Made by a program: the position numbers and the translations under genes
Shown: one piece after another, positions 40,964-55,290 of the stretch
How positions within the stretch are numbered: position 1 is the stretch's first letter
Layout: every line of letters begins with the position of its first letter
Origin: Calditrichia bacterium
GTDB lineage: Bacteria > Calditrichota > Calditrichia > JAJRVZ01
DNA length: 64,000 nucleotides
Reading direction: 5' to 3'
Assembly (NCBI GenBank): GCA_963796965.1
Contig: CAWCNS010000009.1
Location: 448,001 to 512,000, forward strand
The notes under the pieces: generated by a model
The model's database searches: none
Told to the model about the DNA's origin: nothing
Seen by the model: the letters and a program-made list of their open reading frames with translations, nothing else

Positions 40964-41282
40964 ATAGCGTCCTCGCTTCTCGTATTTTATTAACACATAA
41001 GACTGAAATATCCAAACACATATGACGCATATCATGATCGCAATTCATGGCTGTTCTATATTTGAATGGAAACCGCTATTTGTCATCTTGATAACACAAG
41101 CTATCATAATGTAGTTTTTAGAATTTATCTGTTACGCGTTTTGATTGATTCTGTTATTTATGACTGTAATCAAGTACAATGATTTCTCACATTTATTAAT
41201 AATCCACCATTTTAACAGGAAAGGAGGTATGAGTTTTAATTTTTATTAATTAACAGTAGATCATTTAAGGGAGGATTGATCA

Positions 41283-42691
41283 ATGAACAAATATGTATTT
41301 ATTTTTATTGTATTGATTGTAGCCATTGCATTTATGTCCTGTCAGCAGCAGGAGCCTCTTGCTGAAAAGCCCACGCCAAGTATACAGGATATTACTCTGG
41401 CTAAGAAAAACGTTGCCACGATAATGGTAGTGACCAATTTTTAGTACTGTTTAAGGGGAAAATTCCTGCAGGTTTCGCCGCTGAAGTAGAAGCCTTAGGG
41501 GGTGAGGTTTCCTATAGCCATGATATAGGATTCGCAGTTGTTAAAGGTCTTAGCATTTGACAAAGCCAATAAATTAGGAAGTTGGAGGGTGTTCAAGAAA
41601 TCCAGCAGGATGATTCCTTCGAGCTGGAACCCATAACTGAGCAGCAGGCGTATCGAGGTTATGACTATGTTGAGTCTCCAATTGATCCTACAACGGAGCA
41701 TATTATCCTCGGCAATGGAATATGCGTGCCATTCATGCTGATCAGGCCTGGGCGGCAGGGCGCTTAGGCTCACCAGAAATTGATATCGCAATATTAGATA
41801 CAGGGATTGATTACGAGTATCCAGATTTACTCGGACGGGTAGACCTTTACCGATCGGCCTCATTTGTTCCAGTTGACGATCAACTTGTTGAGATTATTTT
41901 CCGGGCAAGCATCCTGTTACTGATCTTGCATATCCATGGCACACATGTAGCCGCAACCGCCGTGAGCAATGGATAGTAGCTGCCGGAGTAACATCGCAAG
42001 TTACATTAATCGGCGTCAAAGTATGTAGTGTTTTGGGTGGTTGCGATTTCTCCAGCGTCATTTCCGGCGTGCTTTATGCGGTTGACATTGGCGCCGAGGT
42101 AATTAATATGAGTTTAGGTGGTTATTTTATTAAAGCCGGATAAAGGCCGGTATGTAGGTTTCATTAACTCTATCTTTAATTATGCCAATTCAATGGGCGT
42201 AACCGTTGTAGTGTCTGCAGGCAATGAGGCCATCGATCTTGATCATGATGGTAATCACTATAAAACGTACTGCAGCGCGCCAAATGTGATCTGTGTATCC
42301 GCCACAGGCCCAACTTCTGCGGATGATTTTTATTACGGCCCCTGGTATGAGATTGATGCACCTGCATCTTATACTAATTATGGCAGATCAGCCATAAACG
42401 TTGCTGCCCCCGGTGGTAATGATGGTGGCTTCGTTTGGGCAGGTTGTTCACAAACAAGTCTATAATTCCTGGCTGTCAAAACTGGAATATTTTATTATTG
42501 GTATGGCAGGTACCTCCATGGCCGCGCCTCATGTGTCCGGTTTAGCAGCGCTCATGGTTGAAGACTTTGGACGGAATCCGGGAAGGGTTAAAACAGCTAT
42601 CCAGCAATCCGCCGATGATCTGGGTCAGCCCGGTACCGATCCCTTTTATGGCAAGGGACGAATCAATGTGGATACCGCGGTCCAATACTAG
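41283..42691 (+). CDS. S8 (subtilisin-like) serine peptidase, lipoprotein; multiple frameshifts
   Basis: ILDTGID, HGTHVA, VINMSLGG, SAGNE, GTSMAAPHVSG catalytic triad motifs; FMSC lipobox; GGGAGG RBS. Confidence 0.9.
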
Positions 42692-42723
42692 TCTTCTAAA
42701 TCTTTGAATTTATGCATATGAGA

Positions 42724-42757
42724 AAGAGGGTGTCATCTCACCGACACCCTCTTTTTT
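42724..42757 (+). terminator. Rho-independent terminator
   Basis: aagagggtgtc-atctcacc-gacaccctctt followed by a T run, about 30 nt after the S8 stop. Confidence 0.8.
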
Positions 42758-42839
42758 ACGTCCTTCTTTCTCTGCGTTCTTAGGGCAGACACACGGGTCT
42801 GCTCACTTCATCCTCACACCTACCTTACACTTTTCTCCA

Positions 42840-44065
42840 CTAACGCTCTTCTCTACCCAAAATCCCCCTCAGCACATCCGGCTGAAACCAGTATACGGCC
42901 TGGCGACCATTAATAATAACAGCCGGTGTACCGGCAATTTTAAATGTAGTGGCCAGATTTATATGCGCCTGTAGATTTTTATAGGACTCCTTTGAAAAAA
43001 GACAGGCAGCAAATTCTTTGATGTCCCAGGGTCGTCTTTCAGCTAACTTCATTATAAAAGGAATATTAAGGCTATCAGGATTGACGGAAAAGATCATCAT
43101 GGAATTCATGAAATTCCGGTTTATGCTGGGCACATATTGCCGCCCTGGCTGCCAAACCGGCCCCGGGATGGATCGGTTTTTGGAAGATAAGGATTGACCT
43201 TGCGATCCAGAGGAAAATTGATAAAATACAAACAGACCTGTTTCTCATACTCATTCAATAGAGTGGTAATTGAAATGCCGCCTGCCGGCAGGAAGGACAG
43301 TAAAAATCGCTTATAACCAATATCTTTATATCCTCTTTACCTTCTCCCCACATCGGTGTAAATCCTGAAAGATCGGTAGTAATTGGGTTGCTGATAAAAA
43401 CGGCTTACTTCTTTTTCTACATCCAGATTGAGCGGATCCAGCGTATGCATATATCCCTTCATTCCCAAAAAACCCAATCCAAAAACCAGGGAGAAACCTA
43501 TTAAAAGCATACCATTTTTGTTGGACCTGATGACGATTTAAGGATCTGTTTTCTGTTTCTCTTTGCCGTGGTGCAATAAATATGTCTCTAATTCTTACTT
43601 CTGAACGGCGGGGATAACGCTGAAGTAGTACGAATACGATGATATTCATCATGTACATCAGAATACAAACCGGACAAAGGATATTCAGAACAAAAAACAT
43701 GATGACGGCTTTATATAATAATCATCACCATTGAGATCAGCGTTAACAGATAGGCAACCTGCACCAGATCTTTTCTTGTCGGATTGTTTTATTACTATCC
43801 ATAAAGCGGTCAGACCGATCCATAAATAATACAGAAATCCCCACCAGGCAACCGGTATACCGATAAACATCGCCTCACTTGAGGCCTGGGCTTTATCACA
43901 ACTGATCCAGGTATTAGCCTCGCACAATCCCGGATCTGCTGACTGAAAATTATAGATTAGTAAGGTTTGCTGGGTCGCGTAGAAGGAGATGATTAAACCT
44001 GTAAAAGCAAGGAGTAAAATAAAGATTAGAGATTTTTTTTCTAAATTTTTTTTCTCAAATATCAT
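42840..44065 (-). CDS. VKOR + DsbA/thioredoxin fusion; frameshifted
   Basis: CEANTWISCDKA loop cysteines, LCPVCILMY redox motif, SDFYCPSC CxxC, IAGTPAVIING. Confidence 0.83.
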
Positions 44066-44236
44066 GTACAGAAAACCTCAAAATTCATTTTTTTAAATTA
44101 TATCGGTCTTTCCATCCATGCACGATCAACTTCTTGTCATAATTTTTTATACCTAAAAGAATCCATCATGTGCAGGATGATACTTGTATTTTAAAGATCA
44201 TCTGTTACGAAAGTTAACGAAAGAATAATCTGAAAC

Positions 44237-46582
44237 TCACATTTGCGCCAGTTCCTTATTCCTGTAGGCTGAAAAACGGACACTTTCCCTATTACCCTCT
44301 TCATCCTGAATGGTTAATCGGTATGAACCCTGGTCCAGTGATACGGCAAGTTTGTGATCCTTCTGGGTCTCCCCGATAAGATTGCCGTTCAAATACCAAA
44401 ACAGATAGGAATCCTGTTGTTGATGCAGAGCTGAAAATACAATTTTTTCATATTGTCCGTCCAGATCACGGGGAACAAAAATCCGGATACCATTAACGGG
44501 ATAGACCAGTTGAATTTTTCCCTTTGCGTTCGCATGGCTGCAACCGGGCTGATGCTGCGGTATAGGATCAACCGCATAGCCGCCCTGCAGCATAATATTC
44601 TGGACCAATGGCGGAACGATATAGCGGGTTATCCATTCCCCTTGCGACATTCTCCCAACAGAGTGAACAGATCTCCTTTCCCGATTTGCTATCAACCAGG
44701 AAGCGGCGATGGAAGGGACAGCTGCCTGGTATATAAGCCTGTCGCGGTTTTTCGATCTCCTATGGTTTCGGGACAATAATCACCTGCCGGGAATCCACTC
44801 TTACTACAACACAGTATATAATCCAGATCATTCTCTGGCTTTTTAAACCACATCTCATCTTCACGTTCGGTGAGGGTGTTAAACAGCGAGAAAAGCAGGG
44901 GCGCTGCAGATCTGGCTCCGCTGAGCACGGCATTACCATCCCCCTCAAAATTTCCTACCCATATGCCGATTGTCCATTGTTTATTTATCCCAATTGCCCA
45001 GGCATCCCGCTGACCGTAACTGGTACCTGTCTTCCATGCAACAGGAATATTTTCAGAGAACAAAGGATAATAATGTTCGATTCCCGGTCGTGAAAGATCC
45101 TTTAAGGTATTGATCACCAACCAGGCCGCCCCTTGGCTGTTCAACACCCTCTCCCGTTTCGATTCTATTCGTAGTGTTATTCTCCCTCCAATGCAAGGAT
45201 TGCATGGTTCCCATATGCGCTAATGACTGATACACTTGGACGAGTTCGAATAAAGAAGCTTCCGCACCTCCTAAAATCAGGGAAAGGCCATAATTATCGG
45301 CTGGTCTGAACAATCCCTGAAATCCTGCCATTTTCAAATAGTCATAAAAATCATGGATGCCATAGGTATTTAACAAACGAACAAAAGGGACATTTAATGA
45401 ACGGATTAACATTGTTTCCAATGGTACGAGACCAGTAAATTCTTTATCGGCATTTTGAGGTAAAAAGGTGCCATAGAAGGTAGGTACATCCTGTATGCGT
45501 GATTTCATTGTGAAAGGACCACGGTCGAGAATACAGGCCGTTAGAAAGGGTTTTAATAAACTCCCTGTGGAACGATAAGCCTGAACACCATCAACCTGCC
45601 CGGCGTTAATCGAATCCGAAAAGTTCTGTGATCCCATATAGGCACGTATTTTCCCGGTTTGATTTTCACTGACAAGGACAGAGATATTTCTGATTCCCTG
45701 ATGTGATAATGCATTAAAATGTAACTGCGTGGCACTTTCAACCTGTTTCTGAATCCCGGCATCTAACGATGTCACAATTTTCCGGGATTTAGGGTCTTTA
45801 CTCAGAACCCACCGTGTAAAATGAGGGGCCGTAAATGGTAACTTATGATTTTTGTCCGGAAGCCTTTCAAGTAAAGAAAGATGATACGTGCTTGAATCGA
45901 TGATACCCTTTTCAAGTAATTTCTTTAGTAAGCGATTCCGTTTAACCAATAGATGTGACCTGCCTCTTTGAAGATTGATCATAGAGGGATTGTTAGGGAT
46001 CACTGAAAAAAGGGCTGCCTCTGCCCAGGTTAATTCCTGAACCGGCTTACCATAATAATAATAAGAAGCCGCCTGGATACCGACCAGATTTCCACCCATC
46101 GGCACCCGGGTCGCATAAAGTCTCAAAACCTCTTCTTTACTATGATGAAGCGTGATCTTGATCGCCATCATACATTCGATCATTTTATTAAAATAGGTTC
46201 TGGCTTTAGGATCAGCCAAACGGGCGACCTGCATGGTGATCGTACTGGCGCCGCGAATACGCTCTCCGGAGAAAATGTTTGACCAGACAGCGGTTAGAAG
46301 AGCGAGGGGATCAACCCCGGGATGATGATAAAAACGTTTATCCTCATATTCCAATACCGATTGAATATATTTATCCGGGAGAGTTAAGTTATCTGTAGGA
46401 AATCGGTATTGTTGGTCCTCTGCTAATGTGGCCACGAGTAACCTGCCCGTGTGGTCCAAAACCAACCGGGAATATTTGTCCGGGAAAACCTCCCCGATCG
46501 GAATGATAAACCAGAGAAGCAATGCCAGTAAAACAGCAAAACCGAGACGCTGTAAATGTATGTTCAATTTGTATTGGATCAT
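44237..46582 (-). CDS. pbpC: Penicillin-binding protein 1C; frameshifted
   Basis: EDKRFYHHPGVDP, GASTITMQVAR, RSTGSLLKPF, SLNVP, AWKTGTSYGQRDAW, C-terminal BiPBP domain; adjacent to alpha-2-macroglobulin. Confidence 0.93.
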
Positions 46583-49500
46583 TATTTTACCCGGACGACA
46601 TCCCCTTTTATACGGGCATAAAATTCAGGTGAATACATCGGTTCTACAACCACGGGCGGCATCGTATATTCTCCTGAAAATGTTGGATTGATCTTCGTCC
46701 CCAGCACTATTTTTTGTTTACTGTTCAAATCAAAAAACCAGTTGATCCTGTCATCACGAATATCCATATAACTGCCCATCGTTAAACGCAATTTGCGCAC
46801 CCAGGGTGGCAAAGGATCGCTTCCAAGACGTGTATTGATAATCTCCCAACCGGCTGGAAAAACGCTACTTAAGGCCAGCTCTTTCATCGGAGAGGCATAG
46901 GTAGAAGTAACCGTATAGATCACCCAAAATGGTTTTGCCTGTATGCTTTCCGAAACGGTGATCGGTTGCCCCTCTTCATTATAAAAATTACGTTGCAGCG
47001 AAAGACCAAATGATTCTGACTTAATCCGATCGTCAAGGGGTATTCCTTCTCTCAACAGAGTAACATAAAGTGGATTTCCACTCTCATTGGTGATATGAAT
47101 CTCCTTATCCCACATATCATCCAGGGCGATTATTGATTGATAACTTGATAGGGTTGCTGTCTTTTCCTCATCCTTATCCAATTTGATTTTATAGGTAACC
47201 GCACCACCTGGAAAAGGAAATTGATCATAATAGGTTCCTATACATAAAAGTGTCATTGCTGTTTCCTGTGTAGAATACCAGCGTCCGGCTGAATAAGATT
47301 TATAAATGTCACGCAGGAGTTTGGCCGCAGTAGCCTGATCTTCCATTTTAAGTTTAAGGTAGGCAATCAAAGATCGATCACGCAAAGCAGAACCATACGT
47401 TCGGCTTTGCTCACGGTAATCTGTAATCTCGGTGGTTGAATGACTTTCTATTTCAGCCGCTTCTTTTTTCTGTCCATTTAAAAAGTAGGAAGCGGCAAGA
47501 AAGTGTTTAGAGAGAGGATCTAACCTCGGGAGATAGTCTTCTCTAAGCAAATTCATTGTACCAATTTGTGCTTCACCGCTCAGGGCCAGGACAAACAACC
47601 GATAAGCCTGGTAGCGGTGATCCGTTTTATTGATATCTTTCGCCCTGTCTTTTGCATCATCCAACCAGTGCTGGTATAATGCTTCAGGTACATGATACCC
47701 CCTCGCTCTGGCCTCAACAAGAAAATGGCCGGCATAGGTGCTCCCCCAATCAGAATATTTTTCGCGGACAAAGGTTGAAGCAGGCCAGAAAGAAAAACCC
47801 TGGCCTGTCATAAAATTAGAAAGACGCTTTATTGTTGCGTTTATATGATCCGTCACCGCCTTTTTCTGATGTTCCCGAAGATCTGTTAACTGGTTTAAAA
47901 ATAATTGCGGGAAAGCCGACGATACCGTTTGCTCAATACAGCCATAGGGATAGCGTAACAGGTAGGCATAGCGTTTATCTAATTGAATATCCGGCATCCG
48001 GGAAAGGGCAATCTTCGCCTTATTGGTTCCTGCCAATCCGAATTTCCTGGGAATTAATGTGATCGCTTTGTTGGGTTGAATAATCGTGTCCTGTACTTCT
48101 GTAAAAAACGGATTTGCACTGACAATAGGTAATTGTACATTATAATCAGCGGTATTCGATCCAGAGACCCCCTTGATAGTTATATCAGCAGTTCCAATTG
48201 CGTCTCCCGCTTTTAGCATAAATTTTATATCTGATTCACCTGGTTTGGTAAATGTAACCGTCTTTGACACGGGTCCCGTTACAGATAAGTTAGATGAAAT
48301 CTCAAGCGTAATTTTCGCTTCTTTCACAGTTTCGTCGAGTGCGAAGACAGAAACCGGCAGGGCAAAATCATCTCCCGGGCGTACCAGCCGGGGAACCGTT
48401 GGAAGTAGCGTCAACGGCTGTTTAACCGGTATGGTTTCCTCAAGCGAGATATAGTGATGCCCGGCTGTACCAATGACCATAACCCGGACGGCGCCTACAT
48501 AATTGGGCATGGTGAAAGCCGTCGTTACGGTCTCACCAGGACCAATCTGTATTGGCTCCTGGAAGATAACAGCCGGTTTAAACCGCCTGGTTTTACTCTG
48601 ATCCAGGCGTTTTTTTCTTGCATCTGCCATCATCCCACCACCAATAGAAAAATATTTATCAATATCGGGATACAACAATCCAAGGATCTCATCATAATTA
48701 TCCATGGTGGTTACACCCAAACGGATTTTTTCAAAGAAGTAATTCCAGGGATCAGGTGTTTCAAAACCGGTTATATCTAACAAACCCTCATCAACAATCG
48801 CTATGGTACAGGATGCAGGCAGGAGTGCGCGGGAAGAGATCTGTACAGAAAATTTTTCTTTCGGTTTTAGTTCCGATGGTAATTCCATTGTTAACGGTAA
48901 TCGTGTATTCTTGTCCTCCACATACAATGTTTTTATGCCATAAAGTCTCATCGGCACATCATTGGTATTCTGATTATGAGGCTGAATCATTGAAATCGAC
49001 GCATAGCAGTTTGGCAGCATCTCTTTATTTAGATTAACCGTAAATGTGGTTTGTCCGGGGCTTACATTTTTCCAGTTTGTGGATATAATCCGGCTGCCTT
49101 GTTCAACTGTCAATAGCGCCATACCGGCCTGTGGTGACTCAAAACTGAGTTTGGCCTGATCTCCGATGTTATAGACATTTTTATCAGAGGTAATTTGCAA
49201 ATAATTTAGTTTTCTTTCTTCGGCCGGTAGTTGTCCCCAGCCTGAGACATAAAAAAATATGCCGGATCTATGCCCACTATCCAGGTCCGTAACTTCAATA
49301 TAATGCCGGCCATAGTCATCCACAGACATGGTGTGTAGAAGAGGTTCTCCACCAGATAAATAGTTATGTTTTTCGACCAGGTAGGTACTTTCCATCATGC
49401 GAAAATCACGTTGCTCGCGGCGATCATAATCCCACCACCAATGATCCCGGTTTACATACACGGCCACCTGCAAACGATGATTACTTACCGGCTTACCCTT

Positions 49501-52082
49501 GGTATCAACAACCACAATCGGTACCTGGTATTTTTCTCCTAATTTAACAGACCGTGATTTGAAAATATTTTTTATCCCGGCTTGTGCCACATGCGGGTAA
49601 ATCTTAATTATCTCAGAGTGAGAGGTAAAACTACCCCCCTTTTCATAAACCCTCGTCGTAATTCGCGCATTAAGCGGATGGGATGTCTGTGACAAATCAG
49701 GCAGATTATAGTTGATTCGCACTTTCCCATTCTCATTCAATTTCCCCTTAAATACATTTAATTGACGCTCCTGAAATTTTAGAAGGGGAGAGGAAAAAAT
49801 ATAATCTTCATATTTTGGAGGGATCGAATGATGCTTTTGATAGTTGGGCCTTTACAACCGTTTCTAATTTTGAAGCAGGGGCACCAAATAAATATTTGGA
49901 CGTGATGGTTCCATCTATCTTAAGATACGGGGGCATTACCTTTTCCGGAAGATCTGTATCGATTTTCAGGCGAAATGGTTTAATCGTTTCGATTCTCAAT
50001 ACCCGGGTAAATGTTTGATCTCCTATAGATAGGTGGGCAACCCAATTCCCGGTAGGATCAGTTAATTCAGTTGATATAGGAAAATAGACATGCCCATTCG
50101 AATCCACATGGTTTTCGGTCATTATGAACCACCTGCCCCTGAGGGTTTTGAATCTTAAGAAGAACGGGTTGTTTTTCTGGTGGGATCCTATTATTGACGC
50201 GTACAATGGCCGATAAATGGATCATATCACCGGGACGGTGAACACCACGATCGGTGTAAATAAACAGGTCCGTATTTTTGGTGTTTAACGATCGGCCCCC
50301 AACATCAAAATTGTTCAGCATCCATGAGCGGTGGTCCAGTTTGATCAATGCGATCCCGGAAGCATTATTTCCCAGTATATAATCGCCATTTTTTTCAAAA
50401 TGAATATAACCTGCTGCATCCGTTGTTTTCGTTTCGAGCAACTTATTTTGACGGGAATGTAAATTTAAGGTTAAACTGGTAACCGGTTGGGCATTAAGAA
50501 TATCAACAGCAAAGACATGAACACCATTAATCGTTTTTTTTGCCGTGAGCCCAATATTAGAAGATATCAATAACTTGTTTTTCTTACCATTCCGATAATA
50601 ATAACCCGCTTTTGCAGGATTATCATAATAATTCTCATCCGGAAAATACAAGGTGTTTTCACCGCTTTCATCCTGATTATTTACACAGCGACCGGTTAAA
50701 TCGCTTGATTCAAAACGAAGCGAGACGACAAATGCAGAATTTTTTTTATCTTTAAAAATCGGATCTAATTCTAACTCTGTTTTGATCCATTTGTTTTTTT
50801 CGGATGTTATAGAAAGAGATTTGGAATATATTTCTTCTCCTACCCGGGATAAGTCCGAATAATCATAGGCATAATAATAACGATTACGCTCTGCTTCCAC
50901 ATCCGGATCTGTCAGAACATTGTGCTGAAGAAAAAATCCAATATTCTGCGGAAAGATCTCCGTTATTTCCAGCGTCGCCCTGGCTATATTGACAGATTTA
51001 AACTGAAGTTTGAATTTATTATTTGATGGAAGATAAATTCCCCGGGAAAGCCATTTAATTTCTGGTTTGATATTATTAATAAAAAATACTTCCTTATAAT
51101 CATTTTCCATTTGATTATTGAAAATACTGGGGAAACCGCGTGAAATGGAAATCGTATAGGACTGAGCAGGTATAAAGTCAGCCTCGATTAATATATATTT
51201 ATCCTTTATTCGTAATTTGTAATCTAAAGAGGGCGTAATACGAATATAGCCGCTTAAATCCGTTTGTTTTTTTATCGGTTCACTCAAGCGGAAGCCATAG
51301 ATTGATTGAGGGGAATCCGGATCTGTCATATCCATATGGGCCAGCACACGAAAGACATCAATACCGGGTAAAAATATTTCTTCTTCCCAACTCTTATTAC
51401 CCGCCGTATAGGCAGAAGGTAACTGAACCTTAAAACTCTGCCCTGCTTTTTTTCGGTTAATTGTTTCTGAGGTAATCTCTATCTGATTTTGTTTTTCAGA
51501 TTGTTTAAGATCGATATCTATTTTTTTACCTGGTCCTTCAATGACCAGATCATCCTTAATTTTATCAAGGTTTGCGGGTTGGGCCAATGTAAGCGTACCT
51601 TTATACATCACGGCATTTTTAACGTCAGATACGGGGACAAAATCACCCTGTAACGAAAGGACTTCCTGTTCTGCTACTTTGAAATTAAATAAAAAATCGT
51701 CAACGTTTTTTTGTCCGCCCAGGAGTATTTTCCCATGCAAAGTTGCCTGAACCTGTATCCCGGGAGACAATATATGGCCGGGTACAAACTCTAGTACCTT
51801 GTTGGATTTCCAACGGGCATAACCCTCAATTTCCGGCTCAAAAGTGAATGGATTTTCATCAAGGGTATTTTCACTCAGGTGGGCGGGGACAACGGGATCA
51901 CGGAATACAAGTTCAATTGTCGATTTGGCCGATATGATTTTCGGCGGTGTCTGGACAATCAAATCATTCAAAACCAGCTTCTCTGCCAACTGTTGTTTAA
52001 CCGTTTCAAAAGATTTTTCTTCATCTTTTTTTGCACAAGAAAAAAACACAAAAATGACACATACCAGAGCTAACTTTCTCAT
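46582..52082 (-). CDS. yfhM: Bacterial alpha-2-macroglobulin (YfhM-like lipoprotein); frameshifts near 50100 and 49780
   Basis: FFSC lipobox, YTDRGVHRPGD, AIVDEGLL, YPYGCIEQ thioester motif, YSTQE, DIRDDR, VEPMYSP. Confidence 0.93.
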
Positions 52083-52112
52083 TTGAGGTTTCCTCTGTTT
52101 AAAGGTTTATAT

Positions 52113-53581
52113 TCACAGCCGGAGACGAGTTGACTGTTTTGTGAAAAACCCTTCCGGACGGGCAGATAAGCGCTTGATAAGTTTATTTCGCCACTTGGTT
52201 GTGAGTTCTTTAAAATCTACCTGGTTTGAAAGATCATTTTCCTCCTTAATATCCTTATCCAAATCAAAGAGATGTTCCGCTCCATCCAACGGACGCCAGA
52301 TATATTTGTACTGTCCATCCGTCAAAGCATGAAAGGCCTGTTCTTTGCTGTAACACGTGGCATGTTCAAAATGTAAATAATCCCGGATATGCTGTTCCTC
52401 CCCTTTTAAAGTCTGGGTGAGATCAACACCATCTACTACTTTTGGAATCTCTACGCCAGCCAATCCCAGCAGGGTAGGCATAATGTCTTCCAGACAAACA
52501 GGTTCGTTGATCCGTTGTCCGGACTTAAATCCTAACCCGGAGGAGGCCGAAAAAATAAAAGGAATATTTGCCGAGCCCTCAAAGGGTTCACATTTGCGGA
52601 AATAGCCATGATCCCCCATCATCTCACCATGATCGGAGGTAAACGACTACCACCCACTCCCGGCCGGCTTTTTCACTACGGGTTTTAAAATCTTTAATTA
52701 ACCCGGCTATCTGCGCATCCAGATGTTCGATGAGGCCAAAATATCCGGCCTGAGCATTTCGTAACTTATCGCCTTGCAGAATAATCCTATGTCCGGGTTC
52801 GTCTCCCTCAGTAGAAAGCGCCTGCCAATTGACCCAATCTCCTTTCGCAGGTTCGGGAAGATCTTGTTGTAGATAATAATCAAAATATTTTTTGGGTGGA
52901 AATAAGGGTGGATGAGGTGCATAATAATGAGGTAGTTAAAAATAGAGGCTTTTTTCCATCATCTTGATCGAGGATCTTATGTGATTCATTTACAATCCAC
53001 GCGGTGGGATGAAGATCGTCAGCCAGCGGCCAGGATGTGGCTTGCCAATGGTTAAAAGTCAACCCGGCATCTTTAATTAATTGTCGAAGACTCTGAATTT
53101 GTGGCGCCGATTTTTTTAGAAATCGATCATAATCATCATCTTCTCTATAGGTAGAGCCTAATATCCTTTTCTCATAACCCAAATCACCACTCTCCTCGGG
53201 TTGATGCATATTTCTGCCAACCAGAACTGTCGAGTATCCGGCATCAGCCAATTTTTGCGGCAAAGTGTGGGGGTTGATAATGGTTTTCTCCTTATATCCA
53301 ACCACACCGCTGGTTTGTGGATATAACCCGGTTAGCAATGCATAACGTGGCGGGAATACAGGAAGGTACAGTGGTATAGGCCCGCCGGAAAAGTACCCCC
53401 TGCCGGGCCAGTTCATCAATTGGGGGGTTCTGACTACCGGATGGTTAAGAATGGACAGACAATCCCCACGCATCTGATCAGGCATGATTAATAAGATATC
53501 CGGCTGCGATTGATCATTGCTGCCGACACACGAAAATATAGAAATCATAATTATGGATAATAATAGAACATATTTTTTCAT
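52113..53581 (-). CDS. Sulfatase (choline/arylsulfatase-like), lipoprotein; frameshifted
   Basis: QPDILLIMPDQMRGD, active-site region ..RYALLTG, TSDHGEMMGDHGYFRK, FEGSANIPFI, LFDL. Confidence 0.87.
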
Positions 53582-54163
53582 GGCAAGCCCTCCCAGGGTA
53601 TGATTTGAAATATAAGGATTTTGGGATAATTAAGTAAAAAGGAAAAGGGTAAAAGTAAAAAGAAATTCGTAATTGGTGACTGGGTTCTGGGCGCTGTATA
53701 AAGAGATGTGGGATACCAGATATGGGATTTGTGATACGAGATGCGGGATATGAGATTGCGTATTGGGAATTAGGGATTTGCTAAATCATGGATGATTTAG
53801 TCCCGATGTGCCCTGCGGAGGAGGGCTCTTTAATCGGGAGGAATTCGGCACCATATATCGATTAGCAAAATCTATTCCCCCTTTGAAAGGGGGTTAGGGG
53901 GATGTAAAAAAATAACTTCGAGCAAATAACATCCCTGACAGATACAGAGGATTCATCTTAATTACTCAAGGTCCTTCCCGTCAGGTCCACCTAAGATTAG
54001 AATCGACGGGAACATTTTCAAAAATTTTTGTGTTTTCAATCCTTAGTGACTATTATTAAAAAAGTGCTCTTTCTCTGATGATTATAAGGCAACGTCTACT
54101 CAACTTCTTTTGTCACATTATCTTATTCAATTCGATAAATTTTCAATTTTTAAAGGGATTACC

Positions 54164-55049
54164 ATGACGCAACCCAAAAACTCACACGTAAATAATGCCA
54201 ATCTAAGCAATGAAAACATTAACTTTTATCAGGATCAGGGTTACCTAATTGCAACTCAGTTATTAACATCTGTAGAAATAGAAAATCTTCACCGGGAAAC
54301 TTTAGAAATCTTCAGAGGTAACCGGGGTGAAATTGAAGGTATCTTAAAACTTGCAGAGAATACGACGGAAGAGGAGGTCCTTAAAAGTTATATAGCCATC
54401 CACTTTCCTCATAAAATATCAGACGTAATTTTAAACTATGTCAAACATGTAAAAATCGCTAATATTCTAGGTGAAATCATAAGTCCCAATGTTAAATGTA
54501 TGCAAAGCATGCTCTTTGTTAAAGCGCCGGGCAAACGCGGGACAATCATGGCATCAGGATGAATATTACATTCCCACCCGGGATCGCTCACTTACCGGCG
54601 TATGGATTGCCCTGGATGATGCAAAGATTGAAAATGGCTGTCTCTGGGTAATCCCCGGATCTCAAAAAGAAGGCTATATTCGTAAAAGAATCCCAAATAA
54701 AAATGATGCGTATGCCGATCCCCAGACCTGTGACCTTACCCCCTACAGGGATGAGAAAGATGCAATCCCTGTCGAAGTGAATAAAGGAGATGTCGTTTTT
54801 TTTAACGGCTATTTACTGCATAGTTCATTAAAAAACAAAACTCATAACCACTTTCGACGCGCATTGGTAAGTCACTATATGAGTGCTGAATCGTTATTAC
54901 CCTGGGATTGGGATGGCAACCTTACATTAAAAGAGGATATGCGCGATATCGTTATGGTTGCCGGAGAGGATCCCTATCCGGAAAAAGGAATTGAGGATCT
55001 TACCCGCCCATTTCTGCGAGATAAGAGAAAGAGGGTGAAAAGGTCATGA
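54164..55049 (+). CDS. Phytanoyl-CoA dioxygenase (PhyH) family Fe(II)/2OG dioxygenase; one frameshift
   Basis: QSMLFVK.PG, WHQDE, WIALDDA..ENGCLWVIPGS, GDVVFF..LLHSS, RRALVSHY. Confidence 0.9.
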
Positions 55050-55290
55050 TTATACGAACGCAAACGGGGTAACCGATACGGGATTCGTGATACGGGATAA
55101 AAGATATGAGATTTGCGATAGGCAATCCCTGATCTGGGATTGTGATGCTTGTCTTCCACGAATTTCACAAAATTGAACGCATTTTTTGAGAGAAATCATT
55201 ATACTCAATACCAGGCAAAATCTATTGCCGTGGCCGTTCGCGAACGGCCACCGCTAAATAAAGTAACTATTATTAAAAGGAATCCTAATT

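Noticed and set aside
44237..52082. Alpha-2-macroglobulin + PBP1C as a novel system
   Set aside because: This is a well-described conserved gene pair.
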